A DNA stretch of 64,000 nucleotides from the human T2T-CHM13v2.0 reference genome, Homo sapiens, in NCBI RefSeq assembly GCF_009914755.1, contig NC_060926.1, one strand, 5' to 3'. Both the position numbers and the translations under genes were made by a program. Below the pieces are notes generated by a model, which saw only the letters and a program-made list of their open reading frames with translations, did no database searches and was not told the DNA's origin. Below, one piece after another: positions 26,215 to 41,278 of the stretch (position 1 is its first letter; every line of letters starts with the position of its first letter).

Positions 26215-26531
26215 CAAAGAAGACATAGAAATGGCTAACAAGTATATAAAAACATGCTCAACATCACTAATTATCAGAGAAATGCAAATCAAAGCCACAA
26301 TGAGATATTAAGTCACACCTGACAGGATCACTATTATCAAAACTACAAAAGTCAATACTTATTGGCAAGGATGTAGAGAAATTGAAACAGCATGGAGGTT
26401 TCTCAAAATATTAAAAATAGAACTACCATATGATCTGCAACCACTTCTGGGTATTTATCCAAAAGAATTGCAATCAGGGTCTAAAAGTGATATTAGCACT
26501 CCCATGTTAACTAAGAGATGGAATCAACTCA
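26215..26531 (+). mobile_element. L1MA/MB ORF2 C-terminal fragment
   Basis: ATGCTCAACATCACTAATTATCAGAGAAATGCAAATCAAAGCCACAATGAGATA...GGAATCAACTCA. Confidence 0.75.
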
Positions 26532-28313
26532 TGAACTAGAGAATCAAGAGCAAACAAACCCCAAAGCCAGCAGAAGACAAGAAATAACCAAGATCATGGT
26601 GGTACTGAAGAAGATAGAGACATGAAAAATCTTCCAAAAAAAAAAAAATCAAAGAATCCAGGAGCTTTTTTTTCGGAAAAAAAAAAAAAAAAAGATAGGC
26701 CACTAGCTACACTAATAAAGAAGAAAAGAGAGAAGAATCAAATAGACACAATTCAAAATGATAAAGGGGATATCACCACTGACCCCACGGAGATACAAAC
26801 AACCATCAGAGAATACTATAAACACCTCTATGCAAATAAACTAGGAAATCTAGAAGAAATTGATAAATTCCTAAACACACACCCACTCCGAAGACTGAAC
26901 CAGGAGGAAATTTATTCCCTTAATAGACCAATAACAAGTTCTGAAATTGAGGCAGTATTAAATAGCCTACTAACAAAACAAAACAAAAATAAAAAAAAAA
27001 AAAAAGCCTAGGGCCAGACAGATTTACAGCTGAATTCTACCAGAGGTACAAACAGGAACTGATACCCTTTTTTCTGAAACTATTCCAACCAATTGAAAAG
27101 AAAGGACTCTTCCCTAACTCATTCTATGAGGCCAGCATCGTCCTTATGCTGAAACCTGGCAGAGATACAACAACAAAAAAGAAAACTTCATGTCAATATC
27201 CCTGATGAGCATCAATGCAAACATTATCAATAAAATACTGGCAAACCAAATCCAGCAGCACATCAAAAATCTTTCCACCACAATCAAGTTGGCTTCATCC
27301 TCGGGATGCAAGGTTGGTTCAACATACACAAGTCAGTAAATGTAATTTATCACATAAACAGAACTAAAGACAAAAACCACATAATTATCTCAACAGATGC
27401 AGAAAAGGCCTTTGATAAAATTCAGCATCGCTTTATGTTAAAAACTCTCAATAAACTAGGTATTGAAGGAACATACATCAAAATAATAAGAGCCATTTAT
27501 GACAAACCCACAGTTAATACCATACTGGATAGGCAAAAGCAGGAAGCATTCCCCTTGAAAACTGGCACAAGACAAGGATGTCCTCTCTCACTATTCCTAT
27601 TCAATATAATATTGGAAGTTCTGGCCAGGGCAATCAGGGAAGGGAAAGAAATAAAGGGTATTAAAATAGTAAGAGAGGAGGTCAAATCGTCTTTGTTTGC
27701 AGATGACATGGTCCTGTATCTAGAAAATCCCACTGTCTCAGCCAAAAAGCTTCTTAAGCTGACAAGCAAGTTCAGCAGTATCAGGATACAAAATCAATGT
27801 GCAAAAATCACAAACATCCCATATGCCAACAACAGACAAGCAGAGAGCCAAATCACAAATTAACTCCCATTCACAATTGCTACAAAGAGAATAAAATACC
27901 TAGGAACACAGCTGACAAGGGAAGTGAAGGACTTCTTCAAGGAGAACTACAAACCACTGCTTAAGGAAATTAGAGAGGGCACAAACAAATAGAAAAACAT
28001 TCCATGCTCATGGAAAGGAAAAATTAATATCATGGAAATGGCCATACTACCCGAAGTAATTTATAGATTCAGTCCTATTCTCATTAAACTACCATTGACA
28101 TTCTTCATAGAATTACAAAAAGACTATTTTAAAATTCACATGGAACTAAAAAAGAGACCCATATAGCCAAGACAATTCTAAGCAAAAAGAACAAAGCTGG
28201 AGGGATTGCACTGCCCAACTCCAAACTGTGCTACAAGGCTATGGTAACCAAAACAGCATGGTACTGGTACAAAAACAGATACATAGATCAATGGAACAGA
28301 ATAGAGAACTCAG
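26532..28313 (+). mobile_element. Older L1PA internal ORF2 fragment (RT domain), lacking both ends
   Basis: ORF pieces 26622-27011 and 27306-27863 with GTRQGCPLS and LFADDM motifs. Frameshifts and stops. No 3' UTR or poly-A. Confidence 0.9.
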
Positions 28314-28354
28314 TAATTTTCTGTATCTATGTATCTGTTGATGAACACTTGAGT

Positions 28355-29790
28355 GTTAATGGAATTTGAAAAGCCATATTCTAACATCTAAAATCTAAAT
28401 ATATATGGAAAATGAAAGGGCCCAAATAGCTGATACACTCCCTGAAAGAGTAACCGGTCATGAAAATTGCTTAAAACACTATCCCTTCACTTTATTAGTT
28501 GACAAAGGGTGGACACTGCATGGAGAGAGACTGATAAATCAATGAAACAGATTAGACTCCAGAAACAGAGTAACACATAATGTAAATAAAGGCAAAATGG
28601 GAGATCATTAGCTATAGTGTAGAAATAACTGATTATCCATGTTAAAAATATGTTTTGAAAGGGTCCTTTATATCACACACACACACACATACACGCACAT
28701 GCATCCTAAATATAAGAAAGACTTTACATTGAAAGAAAAAACATGAAACCTAAAAAGCTTTAGGAGGAAATCTCAGACAGTTTGGAGTTTGGACTTAAAA
28801 AGCACAAATCGTGAAGGAAGAAGATCTTGATATCTTCAACTCTATAAAATATAAAAAATTATGTTTATTGAAAGCCTCCAAAAAGTGATTGTATAAAGGA
28901 GCCACAGCTGAGAAAAGAAACTTTCAAAACATGTGACTGGAAAAGGATGTGTGTCAAGGCCTTTGAAATATCCTATCAATCAGTAGAGAGTCAACCTAAT
29001 TAAAAATGGACAGAAGATACAAGCTATTTTCAGAGAAGAGAAAAGATGAGAAGAGAAAACATGAATAAGAATATAAATGTAAATGGTCTACTTATTATTC
29101 ATCAGCAAGATATTAATTTAAAAAGCAATAATTTTACATTTATCCAATTTGGCAAAAAATTTAAAGGACTGCCAAAGGACATGAAGAAGGAACCGTGACT
29201 TCCGGAGAAAATACAAATTTGTGTAAAAAATGATTTTAAAAACAATTTAATATTACTTAATCAAACTAAACATACACATAACCTATAACTTAGCAAGGCG
29301 TACTCAGAGCTCATAAAAGCATGTAATAAAACACATGTACACATACACACACACAAAACTGTAAACAAGCTAATATTCATGAATGGTAGCTGGACAAATA
29401 AATTGGGATCATTCATTCAGTGAAATATCCTACAGCTATGAAAATGAATGGCCTGCCGCTATGTATGTCTAAATAGCCAATTCATCACATGTTAAGCAAA
29501 AAGTGCAAGGAACTGAACACACAAAGCATGTTCCATTTATTACATTTGGAAAAGCCAGAACTAGAAAATATATCGTTTATAAATATACATGAAGTAAAAG
29601 GAAAATGGAAATGAATGACGTGATTAAAGCTACAGAGGTAGCGAGGGAGGACAGGACTGCAGGAAAGTTAGTTGCATTCCTCGAAGACAAGGGTAATGAC
29701 CTAAAGCTGGATAATGGGCTCATAGGGTTTATAATATTAATATTCTTTAAATTATACCTAGCTCCTTTTTGTGCTTTTCATATATTTTAA
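28355..29790 (+). mobile_element. Ancient L1ME-like ORF2/3' relic
   Basis: AAATATATATGGAAAATGAAAGGGCCCAAATAGC...AGCTATGAAAATGAATG...AGCATGTTCCATTTAT. Confidence 0.6.
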
Positions 29791-30045
29791 TATTTAAAAT
29801 AGTAATGCAAATAAAAGCCCAAAGTGTGTGGAACAAAAGCTATTACTCTATTGATATCACCAGGAATTTTGGGTTTTTAAACTAAAAAAAATTCAAAAAA
29901 AGTCCGGACTAGATTTTATTTTATTTTACTTAACCTTCTATTTAGTTGATATAACTTGACATGGAAAAAATAGTTACAAAAGTATGCTTGAGGCTCAAAT
30001 TCACATTTGATAAAGCATACTTCTTGAATTCTTCCAAACAAGCAT

Positions 30046-30091
30046 TTTTAAAACCTCTGTTTTTAAAACCTCTGTTTTAAACCTCTGTTTT
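30046..30091. repeat. Tandem repeat of about 3 x TTTTAAAACCTCTGT
   Basis: Direct reading. Confidence 0.85.
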
Positions 30092-30574
30092 TGACAGATA
30101 TTGTATAAAATATTATTGATTTTCTACATTATTTTCAAGCAACCTGTAATTTTTGTGCATTTGAATTTTTCCACTCTGCTTAAAATATTCCTACAAACCC
30201 TCATTTTAAGAGATACATTAAATAAGGCCAGTCTCTCAATGTGGCCCAGGAAGGCAGAATTACTGGGGTTTGTGCAATTCTTTTCAGATTGCATATATTT
30301 GAAATGTTACAGTAACCACTACAGCACTGGATGCCAGAGCTGTGCCAGTCCCACAGCTTACTGACTTACTTAATTTCTTTTATGTCCAAAGGCCCCTGTC
30401 TCATTCCCAGCTCTTTGTATTCTCCAGAAACACTGTTACTCCCCATGCATTCCGCTGTGCCTTTGTGCCTGCTATTTTGTTTCTTGGAATTCCCTGGCTT
30501 GGTGTTTTGTCTGGCTAACTCATTGATTATTTCAAACTTGCTTGGGAATCACATCCTTCATACCTTTAATTCAC

Positions 30575-30745
30575 AGTGGAGTCTCTGTACCTGCAGCAGC
30601 AGCGTGCACTGGAGGTTTGTTCAGAATGCAAACTCTTGGGCCCAACCCCAGACCTACAGAGTCAGGCACTCTGGGGGTGGGTCCAGCATTCTGCTCTTTT
30701 CATCCCTTTGAGTGACTCTGACCCATACCAATATTTGAGAATGTC
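30575..30745. mobile_element. MER5A-like hAT MITE within an L2 relic
   Basis: AGAATGCAAACTCTTGGGCCCAACCCCAGACCTACAGAGTCAG...CTCTGGGGGTGGG. Confidence 0.8.
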
Positions 30746-31239
30746 TGGAGTAGGAAAAACATCTGTTCTTTGTGTTTCCATGTGACCAGCCTCTACTCAC
30801 AGTGCCACTGTATCCTCACCATATTATGTTAAAACTCCATGTTTGCCTGTCTCTCTGTATGAGGCACAGACTCTTACTTACCTTTGTATTCACAGCTCCT
30901 GACTATGGGAGACACTCAGGAGAGGTTTACAAAACTGTAAGATCTAAAATATTTTAAAGATGGTCATCAGAGGCACAAAGGAGACAGATCAGTATTTCAG
31001 AGCCCTGCCACCCATCTTCCTACTAGAGATTTATCCCACAGCCTAGATGAGAAGTATCAGTCATCTTAGAAAAACTTGATGTCAAACTTAGAAAACTTTG
31101 ACAAGAAAAAAATAAGTCAATGTGTTTGTGAGTACTGGTTCTAAAACTAAGCCTGCTGATTTTCTGGCCATAAATGTAGCAAGAGAGTGATAATTCTGAA
31201 TTCAAGAGAAACTCATTCTACTTAAACACCTTTTTTTCT

Positions 31240-31813
31240 TGTCAAAAGTTATACATTAGCAGCCAGTGCCAGGGAGAGGCCATATCCTGATGGTTCACAC
31301 CTGTTGCACTAAAGTGTTAATTGAATGCAGATACCAGGGAAAAGCAACTTCCCAGGCATGTGCATTAAGAGACAAAATGGCCGAGTATGAGCTTCCAGGG
31401 ACACACCCCTGTAAAAGGGAAAGAAGCCTCAGATGGGCTTGTGTGTAACTTCTTAAACACACTGCATGTGCTCACTTCCCAAGGATAAGGAGGGCAACGT
31501 GCATGCGGGCAGCCCACCCTAAGGGAAGAATCACGGGAAAGGGGCCAGCCTATAAAGTCCTAGGATCAAGGTTGAACACCACACTGGGCCTTTATGTGCC
31601 CTCTTCGGTCTCTTCCAAGCATACTTTCTCTTTCTTTCCGGTTCTAAAACCCTTTAAAATAAACTTCCACTCCTGTTCTGAATCTTCCCTCGGCCTGTTT
31701 TTCTGCCTTATGCTTCTCAGACGAATTCTTTCTTCTGAGGAGGCAAGAATTGAATTTGCTGCAGACCCATAGGGATTAACCACCAGTAAGTCAGACACCT
31801 TCCACTGGTGACA
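31240..31813 (+). mobile_element. ERV1 solo LTR (MER50-like)
   Basis: AAGAGACAAAATGGC, CCCACCCTAAGGGAAGAATC, CCTATAAAGTCCTAGGATCAAGG, AATAAACTTCCACTCC, TCTGAGGAGGCAAGAATTG. TG...CA ends. Confidence 0.85.
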
Positions 31814-32249
31814 CAACAAGGACTACGGAATTCAGCAGCAGGTATGTGAAGATTCTTGTTTTGGGCCCATTCATGATTTTTAAAACAAATTTCTTTTGAC
31901 AGCAGAAAACTTGCCTATGTTAAAGATTTCGCAAGCAGGAAGTGAGAAGAGATGAGAATGTGCATCAGATGGAAGTTTGGGTGAAGGGCAAGAGGAAGGT
32001 CAGGTTAGAGGGAGAGAGAATGGTTGAAGAAAAAATAAAGGGCTTAGGATGAATACTAACAGCTGTTGAGTGTTAACCCTATACTATGATGCAAATCTAG
32101 TTAGTGTGTCTTGCAATATTGAAAATGTCTTCTCAACAAGTGTGTTGAGATTGGCAGATCCTAAAATCAGAATGCAATGCTATTATACCATAAGCTCATT
32201 AAAGACTATGATTGTTTTTCATGTCTAATATTGGAACATATACGCTCCT

Positions 32250-33300
32250 CGTTTTCTTTGTTCAATACATATTTTATGAACACCTACTATGTGTCAGGTA
32301 CCAGGCACTGACATCCCCAAAGAGCCAGGCTGGATGTAGCCACTGCCCTGAAGGAGATCACAGACAAGTAGACAGGAGGATGGGTCCAGGCTTAGTTCGT
32401 CCTCACATGCACTCAATCCTCACCTCACAACAGTGTCAAAGTCACACAGACTTGAGCCTCCCATTCTCCTGCCTAGGCCACTGTTCCTCAAACCTGGTTA
32501 GATTGCAGTAAATCTGGGATTTACAATGTTTTAGACAAAATATCACATATAGTTGTCTTTTTCTTAAAAACAATGTTTTACACTAATTCAAATAACACCT
32601 CATATTAGTGCCTTGTGTTTGCTCATTTATTCATTCAACTAAAATGTACTGATAGCTTATTATGTGCCCATCCCTGTGCCAAACACCAAAGATATGATGA
32701 CAAACAAGATGGACACAGTTCCTGCTCTGAGTCTCATGAAACTATTCCATATAGACAGAGGACAGGTCATGAACAAACCAAAAGTACAGAGGAAAGAGGA
32801 AGAATACCTGTTTTTTATATGAAAAGGATGGGTGAGTCAGAAAAGCTTCAGCAAAGAGATGATGGCTGAGTGGAGTCATGAAGAATGAGTCTCTGTTTAG
32901 CAGCATACAATGGGGACAGGGAGGAGCATGGGGAATTAATCTCGAACTTGGAGAAAAGCAGTCCATCAGAGAGAAGATCACCACCAGACAGGGCTGGTGG
33001 TTATGGCTGGAAGACATGGTGCTTGACAGACAACAATAGTAGGTGAGACCAAAAAAAGAGGCCAGCTGAAAACGTCCTTGTACTCCCTGCCAGGAGCTTG
33101 ACATATATCCTCAGGGCAAGCAAGCAAGAGTGATGGAAGAGCCAAACAGAGACATGACTGACTTAGTCAGGATTTTGGAAACATCAAGAGGTGTTGTGTG
33201 ACGGAGTTCTGAAGGCAGGCACTAGCCAGATACTGGAAGGTGATGTAGGGCAAAGCAAGAAGTTATTGGAGCTTTTCTGAGATTTCTGATGGCACAACAT
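32250..33300 (-). mobile_element. L2 relics
   Basis: GAACACCTACTATGTGTCAGG and CATTTATTCATTCAACTAAAATGTACTGA with purine-rich L2-like body. Confidence 0.55.
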
Positions 33301-34724
33301 GGCTCCAACCTTACTTTTCTCTGGCCTCAGGTAAGGATAACCACTCAGAAGTGGGCACACTCCTAAGTGTTGATTGGCTTTTTGATAAAACCCTGATAAA
33401 CCGAGGCTGAACCACAGCCTAGGAAAGGAATAAACAGACGGCAGGCTGATCAAGTGTGGTGCTGCTTTGGACAGTGGAGAGGGCAGATGTGTCTCTCTGC
33501 ACATCATTTGTATCTCCCTCTGTAATCACTTCATCCTCTTGTCGTTTATCACTTGCCCACATTTCATACACACAGACAGCACATCTTATTTAGCTTGTGT
33601 CTATGATTTCCTCCACCTGACTGACAAGCACAGGTCCCATCAGTTCTCTCTGTTTTCAGTGCCAGTGGGTAGCCAATCAGTCTTTCAATTTATATGTGGA
33701 AGCTGCAAAATCCTGAGAAGGAACATGCACTATCAACCTTTCAAAACCAGTTTTACCACTCCCAAAAGATATAGTAATTAAAAAAAAAACTTTGCAAAAG
33801 ATACAACAAAGAAATAGGATTTCTTCCTTATATTCTCTTCTAAGAGACTTTTGAAGTCTTTTCTTTAATAAGAAAAAACTACATTTCTGACAAGAAGGGA
33901 AGGGGAGAAGAAAGAGAAAGAACGTGAGAAAAAGAGAGAAAAGAAGACATTCTCTCCTTAGAAAGAAATCATGTTTGCTAACTCATCTATTCTTTTTCTG
34001 GTAAATATAGTGTAGTGAATATTTGAAATCATAAATTCAGTTTCCTGAGTTCTAAATACCCATTTCAAGTATTAATGAAACGTTATTATGATACTTTCAA
34101 ATTACTGAGTATAAAATTAGGGGAGAAGCCTAAGCTTTCAAAAGACTATAAAGGAACCCAGAAGACTAATGAATGATTAATAAAAAGACAAATAAACAGG
34201 AAAAATAAATAAATGAGCCTGACTTGATCCTGAAACTGAATTTTTATAAACCAAACCACAGTATCCAAAATGGAAGTCAGCCAGTTCCTTTCCCTCTTTT
34301 TTTTTTTTTTGTTTTCGTTTTTGTTTCTGTTTTTAAAGCATCAGCAATAATGTTAAGGATGTCTCTTTTGTAGCTTATTTCATTTGTCCCTGAATTGGAG
34401 ACAGTAAGTTGGGAAGTAACAGAGGATTGTGGTAATGGGTCTAAGTGCAAAATGTTGTGTAAGTACCTAACTAAACAGTAACTACCTAAGAGGGAGGAGG
34501 CTAGTAAAGACCTAATAGAATTATACCACATAAGATTATACATATACATGTATTTAAATAAATTTCATTGTGCATATTTAAGGAATACAACATGATATTA
34601 TGAGATAATATATACATCATTTTGTTTTTGTTTTGTGGCAGAAGCAACTAAAATCCACTCATTTAGCACGAATCCCGATGCATTACGGTGGTTTGATTGC
34701 CTGTGATCCTCACATTGTCTCTAG

Positions 34725-35112
<388 letters not shown>

Positions 35113-36919
35113 GTCATTTCTTAGCAATATTTCTTTTTCATGTCTGCATTTAAAGTTCATTTTAACTTTATTGTTCTAAATAAATCTGTTCAGAAATGGG
35201 AAATTGATTTTCTGAAGCCCCACACTTCTCTAGAAATAAGGGAATTATTTTAACTGGCTCTTCTGTATCAGGTACCATAGAAATCAGGTAAGTCCAGGAC
35301 GTCACTTAGGTTAGGAGCTTTACGTGTCACAAAAGAACAAAGTATAACTATTACATCAACATTTTTACTCAACACCCTACCCCTGGTGAAAGTCCTGGGT
35401 TCCTCTTCTGTAGATTGCTGTTCTGGGGGTATGAATACGACTTAGCCCTGCAGAAGAGGTGGTTCCAGACTTTCTGGAGTCTCTGATGTTATAACGCAAC
35501 AGCTATCTACACACTCACTCTAATTATGCTTAAGGATATTTGGAGTTACATACATCTCTTTGGATTTCTTTTTCACAATACATATGCTTAAAAATGTTCT
35601 CTATTTTATCTTAATCCTTTTCTTTTCAGTGAGTCTAAGAACACACAATGTCTCCACTATTCACATTTGCCAAAATATGTGCACATTAAGGATGGTGACC
35701 TACCAACTATCAGCACTGTTTAGAACAAAGAAATGCTTTGGGGAAATTATTCTCTAGGTTTAGCTACACAAAAACACTTTGAATAATTTTATTATCAGTT
35801 TGAAATAACTTCGTGATGTACAAAGTTGTTTCCCAAAGGATGGTGCTATAATTAAGTCAAGAATTAGTAGTTAATTACAGCAGGTTACCAGAAATAATAA
35901 ATAATACTTGGAATTAAAAAAATGCTGTGGTCTTATATGAGCCCTTGTACTTAAGTATCTCAATTCTAGATTAACAAGAAGCAGGCAAATGAAACATTTT
36001 CATTCACAGGCAAAGACAAACTACTGAATATAATTTACTGGGTCTGGTCTAGTCAAGCAAGACTAGATAATATATGGTTGTAATAATACATATATTTTGG
36101 CATCCCTACGAAACCCCATTTCCACCATTTCCCACAAATATAACATGATTTCAAATGTTAAGAAAGAATTGAGAGTTTTTAATTTTAGCTGAGAATACTT
36201 TTATTCTTTACCTGTGGAGATATGTGAACTGATGACTATGAGTGTATTTCCCTTAGAAAGAAAGACATAAAATAGGAGCAGAAGTTACTCATCTGGCAAT
36301 GATAGTAAATATCCTCCTACCAGAAACTCAAGTTTCTCCTTGAAGATGCCAACTTCAAATGAATTTTAAAGATTTATTTTCCTATAGTTTTATTGATTCC
36401 TTGATTTGGTTTTAGCATTAAAAAGCAAACAAGGTCAGAGGCTATATCTTCTTTAATACATGGCTTAGTAAAATGAGATGGTACATCACACAGATGAAAT
36501 ATCTGACAGCAGTCTTACAATAACAAAATACTACCTTATGGGCCCAGGACAGCAGGTGGTTATCCCATCCTGGAAGAGCAGAGGAGGGTGGGCAGCCCCA
36601 TTTCTATCTCCCCCGCAGAGGGTTCAGTGTTGGATCTGTTGTTCTTGAAGTAAAGATGCAAATTTAAGGGGCAGCAAGAACAGCAGCAGTAGCATAGCTT
36701 TGTGACAGCATTTTCCTTTGATGGGCATCCTGATAAACTCTTTAATGATGAATCATTTAATATATATAACTGGCCTATAAAATCAATTATAATCAATATG
36801 ATTACACTGCCACTTGACCCCACACATATCTTACAACAAAGACTCTGTTTTTAAACACTTTATTAACATCTCTCCTTTTATTCAATTATTCTTGCAACTT
36901 TTTTCTTTCCAATCTAGCT

Positions 36920-38035
36920 TATGTTAAAATATTTAATTGACAAAGATTAAAGATATTTAAGGTGTCTAAAGTGGTAACTTGATATACGTATACATTGTAT
37001 AATGACTGCCACATTAATTTACATATCAATCACTACCCATACATTAGACCCCAAGAATGGGTTCATTTTATAACTGGAAGTTTGTATCTTTTGACAAATA
37101 TCTCTCCATTTCCCCACCCACTCAGCTCCTGGAAACCACTGTTCTACATCCTGCTCTTATGATTTCAACTTTTTAAGATGCTACATACAAGTAAGAACAT
37201 ACAGTATTTACTTTTCTGTGTCTGGCTAAAGAAACATAGTGTCCTCCAGGTTCATCCATATTGTTGCAAATGTCAATGATATTCCACTGTATAAATGTTC
37301 CACAATATTTTTTATCCATTCATTAATTGATGGATGGCATAGGTTGTTTACATATCTTGGTTATTGTGAGTAATGCTGCAATCAACATGGGGTTTAGATA
37401 TCTCAAGAAACTGGTCTATGTCCTTTTAATATGTACTCAGAAGTGGGGTTGCTGGATCAAATGGTAGTTCTACTTTTAATTTTCTGATGAACTTCCATAC
37501 CATTTTCAATAACGGCTGCATGACTTTACAGTCCTCCCAACTGTGTACAAGGGTTCCCTTTTCTCCACACCCTTGCCAATATTTGTTATCTCTTGTTTAT
37601 TTCAATAGTAGCCATTAGGAAACGTGTGAAGTGGTATCTCATTGCGGTTTTGATTTGCATTTCTCTGAAATGCTCAAGCTCCTTTCGTAGATCTGTCAGC
37701 CATTTGTATGTCTTCTTTGAATGAAATGTCTATTCAGATCATTTGTCCATTTTTTAAATATTGAGTTCTCCAAGTTCCTTATAGATTTTAGATACTAACC
37801 ATATCAGATATATGGCTTGCAAATATTTTCTCTTATTCTGTAGGTTGCTTTTACATTTTGTTGATTGTTTTCTTTGCTGTGTAGACACTTTTTAAATGTG
37901 AGGTCTAAAAGCATAAAACTTCTGGAAAAATACATGGGGGTAAGGCTACTTGACATTCATCTTGGCAATGATTTTTTGATATGACACAAAAGCACAGGTA
38001 ATAAGCAAAAATAAACAAGTGGGACTACATCAACT
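36920..38035 (-). mobile_element. L1MA-type element with 5' inversion
   Basis: 36920-37893 is the antisense 3' part. 37894-38035 is the sense piece ending GGGACTACATCAACT, contiguous in L1 consensus with the start of the 3' part. Confidence 0.75.
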
Positions 38036-38039
38036 TGTG

Positions 38040-39080
<1,041 letters not shown>

Positions 39081-40684
39081 TATGTGTGTAGTATCAAGAG
39101 AGGGACTAAAAGCAAAAATGTCTAGACAGCAAGGATGGAGAAGGTATGGATGAAGGGATAAGGAGATGGAGAGCAGGGTGAAGAGAGAGAAGAGACAGAC
39201 CCTGAAACCATGACTTGTGAGTTTGAAGATAAGGTGGTAATAGTATATGAGGTAATCTTTAAAAGTTCTGGATAAGCCCTATTTATTTGGAACTCTGTGA
39301 ATCGAAATAAAAAGCAACTTTAGAGATAGATATAAACCAGATAGTATTATTCTATTCAAAAGTTAATAGAATAGAGTAGAAGCGAAGATTCCCATTTATA
39401 TTTTGCCATTCTCAGAAGTTAACATAAGCCGGTAGTGGGCATGGTGTGCATTTGCTTCCGGAATACCTGGTCCCACAGATGCTTGGCAGGGTGAAGGATG
39501 GGCATAGGTTAACATTAGGTTAACATGCGCCTTTAGGGCTCACAAGCATTTATGACGACATTTTATTATAAACCATCACTGATCGAAAACCTTTGTTCTC
39601 CTCTGTGGATACATCTTTGATTTTTATAAATCTGAGTTTGTTCGGAAGCAACTCTCATGACAAGGCCATTTAAATCATGATGAGGAATGGCGGTCAGAAA
39701 ATGAGATGCCATCATAAAATAACAGAACTGCTTTCTTTGTGTGGCTCTAAAAGTACCTCCAAACATACCTTGAGCAATAAAATAACCAGAAATGTAGCCA
39801 GTTTCCCAAAATGATTTCTTTAAAAGATAAGTCTATTATGGACACATCCATTGATGTATTATTAAAGAAGCCTTACATCATAGTCACAAGTTTAATAAGG
39901 TATTGCAGTAGAAGGGGAATATATTAATTAGTACAAGCTGCTCTTGATTTTATTTCTCAATTTATTTTGATGAGTTTCTTGGGTGGTGTTTTTTAACTGG
40001 ATAGAAGGGGTATTGATGAGTCTGTTAGCAACCAGGAAATGTCTGAGGTTTCAGGTACAATGTAGGGTTCTTTACTTATCCTAAAAAGATTTAGAGAAAT
40101 AAAGAAGATGAAGATAAAAAAGATACAGTTCCAGCCAAACTGAGAATTTGCTTTTCACTCTTTATAAAAAGGATGTTTTCCTCTTGTCTTTTTTTTTCCT
40201 CTTTATTTTCCTGGGAGAAAAGAGTATGAGAAAAACACATTACCCAGAATGAACCTGAGAAGGATAGAAAATAATAAAATCAAGTGATAAGTTACAAATG
40301 AGAAGAGTCCAGCAAATGAAATATCTATTAACAACGAAGATAAAGAGAATGTATAGGGGCAGACGAAAAGGAAAGGTAGTAGAAGAAAGACATATAGACT
40401 CAATCACAGACAGGGTCTGAAAATTAAATGCCCTAACAAAAATGGGTTTGCAGACAGATAAAAAAGAAAATGGGAAGAGCAGACAGGGAGGGATAAGTAA
40501 TGCAGCTTGTTCCTTCACAGACTGCAAGCTGGCTTTAGAGAGAAAAAGTCATTAATATAGCTTATTCAGTCACACATTGTCAAGAAGAATCAACCAAACA
40601 GGGCCCTTTGGTTAAAGAGCAAAGCTGCTATTTGCACCGCTGGCTGTGAATCTCATCATAAAGCCAACATGTGGAATAATCTCT

Positions 40685-40845
40685 GGGATGAGAAACAGGA
40701 GACCCAGAATCTAATTCCAGGTCTGTTGTGACTCACTAATGCCCATTAGGAAACCTCTGGGCCTCAGCTTCATCATCTACAGAATGGAAGAATCAGGCTA
40801 AATGGTTTCTAAGTTCCCTCTGGATCTGGTGTTTAATGACTCATA
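40685..40845 (+). mobile_element. MIR (MIR3/MIRc-like) fragment
   Basis: CAGGAGACCCAGAATCTAATTCC...AACCTCTGGGCCTCAGCTTCATCATCT. Confidence 0.7.
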
Positions 40846-41255
40846 CAAGTCTTCCATCAAATGTCTAGTATTTGACTCAAAAGTGACAGAAGGATAAATT
40901 AGTCAACTTCAGACTTCTTGATTATCCTTTTTGATTTGTCTTCACTTTTATTCCTAGGGAACAGCCTTGACAAATTTTTAAAACATATGCTTGTTACATT
41001 ATTAATTTGTCTACCTTTCAAATCTCATAATTTATTAAATCCAATCAGTCTGGCAATACCCATGAAGAAAATGTGATAATTTTTCCTTCTGGTTATCTAA
41101 AATAGCATCACAAGATGTACAGAATTAGCGTTTACTAGAGCATTATCTATGTGATGTCAGAGTCCTCTGTAACTGGAACTTCTTTATTTTGAAGAATGCG
41201 GGTAATGGAATAGATCTGAGAAATTATCTAATGATTACATCACGAAAGAATTAAC

Positions 41256-41278
41256 GGCATGAGCTATCGCGCCTGGCT
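41256..41278 (-). mobile_element. 23-bp remnant of an Alu 5' end
   Basis: GGCATGAGCTATCGCGCCTGGCT versus Alu reverse complement GGCGTGAGCCACCGCGCCCGGCC. Flanked by duplicated AAGAATTA. Confidence 0.6.

Noticed and set aside
26622-27863. Reverse-transcriptase ORFs (also 44533-45236 and 51474-53611) as a novel RT system
   Set aside because: Ordinary L1 ORF2 remnants with frameshifts and stops.
35271-35293. Possible 16-nt microexon ending CAG|GTAAGT
   Set aside because: Weak acceptor and no supporting context. Isolated donors occur by chance in 64 kb.
39428-39500. Possible 7SL/Alu monomer remnant
   Set aside because: Similarity too short and gapped to support a call.
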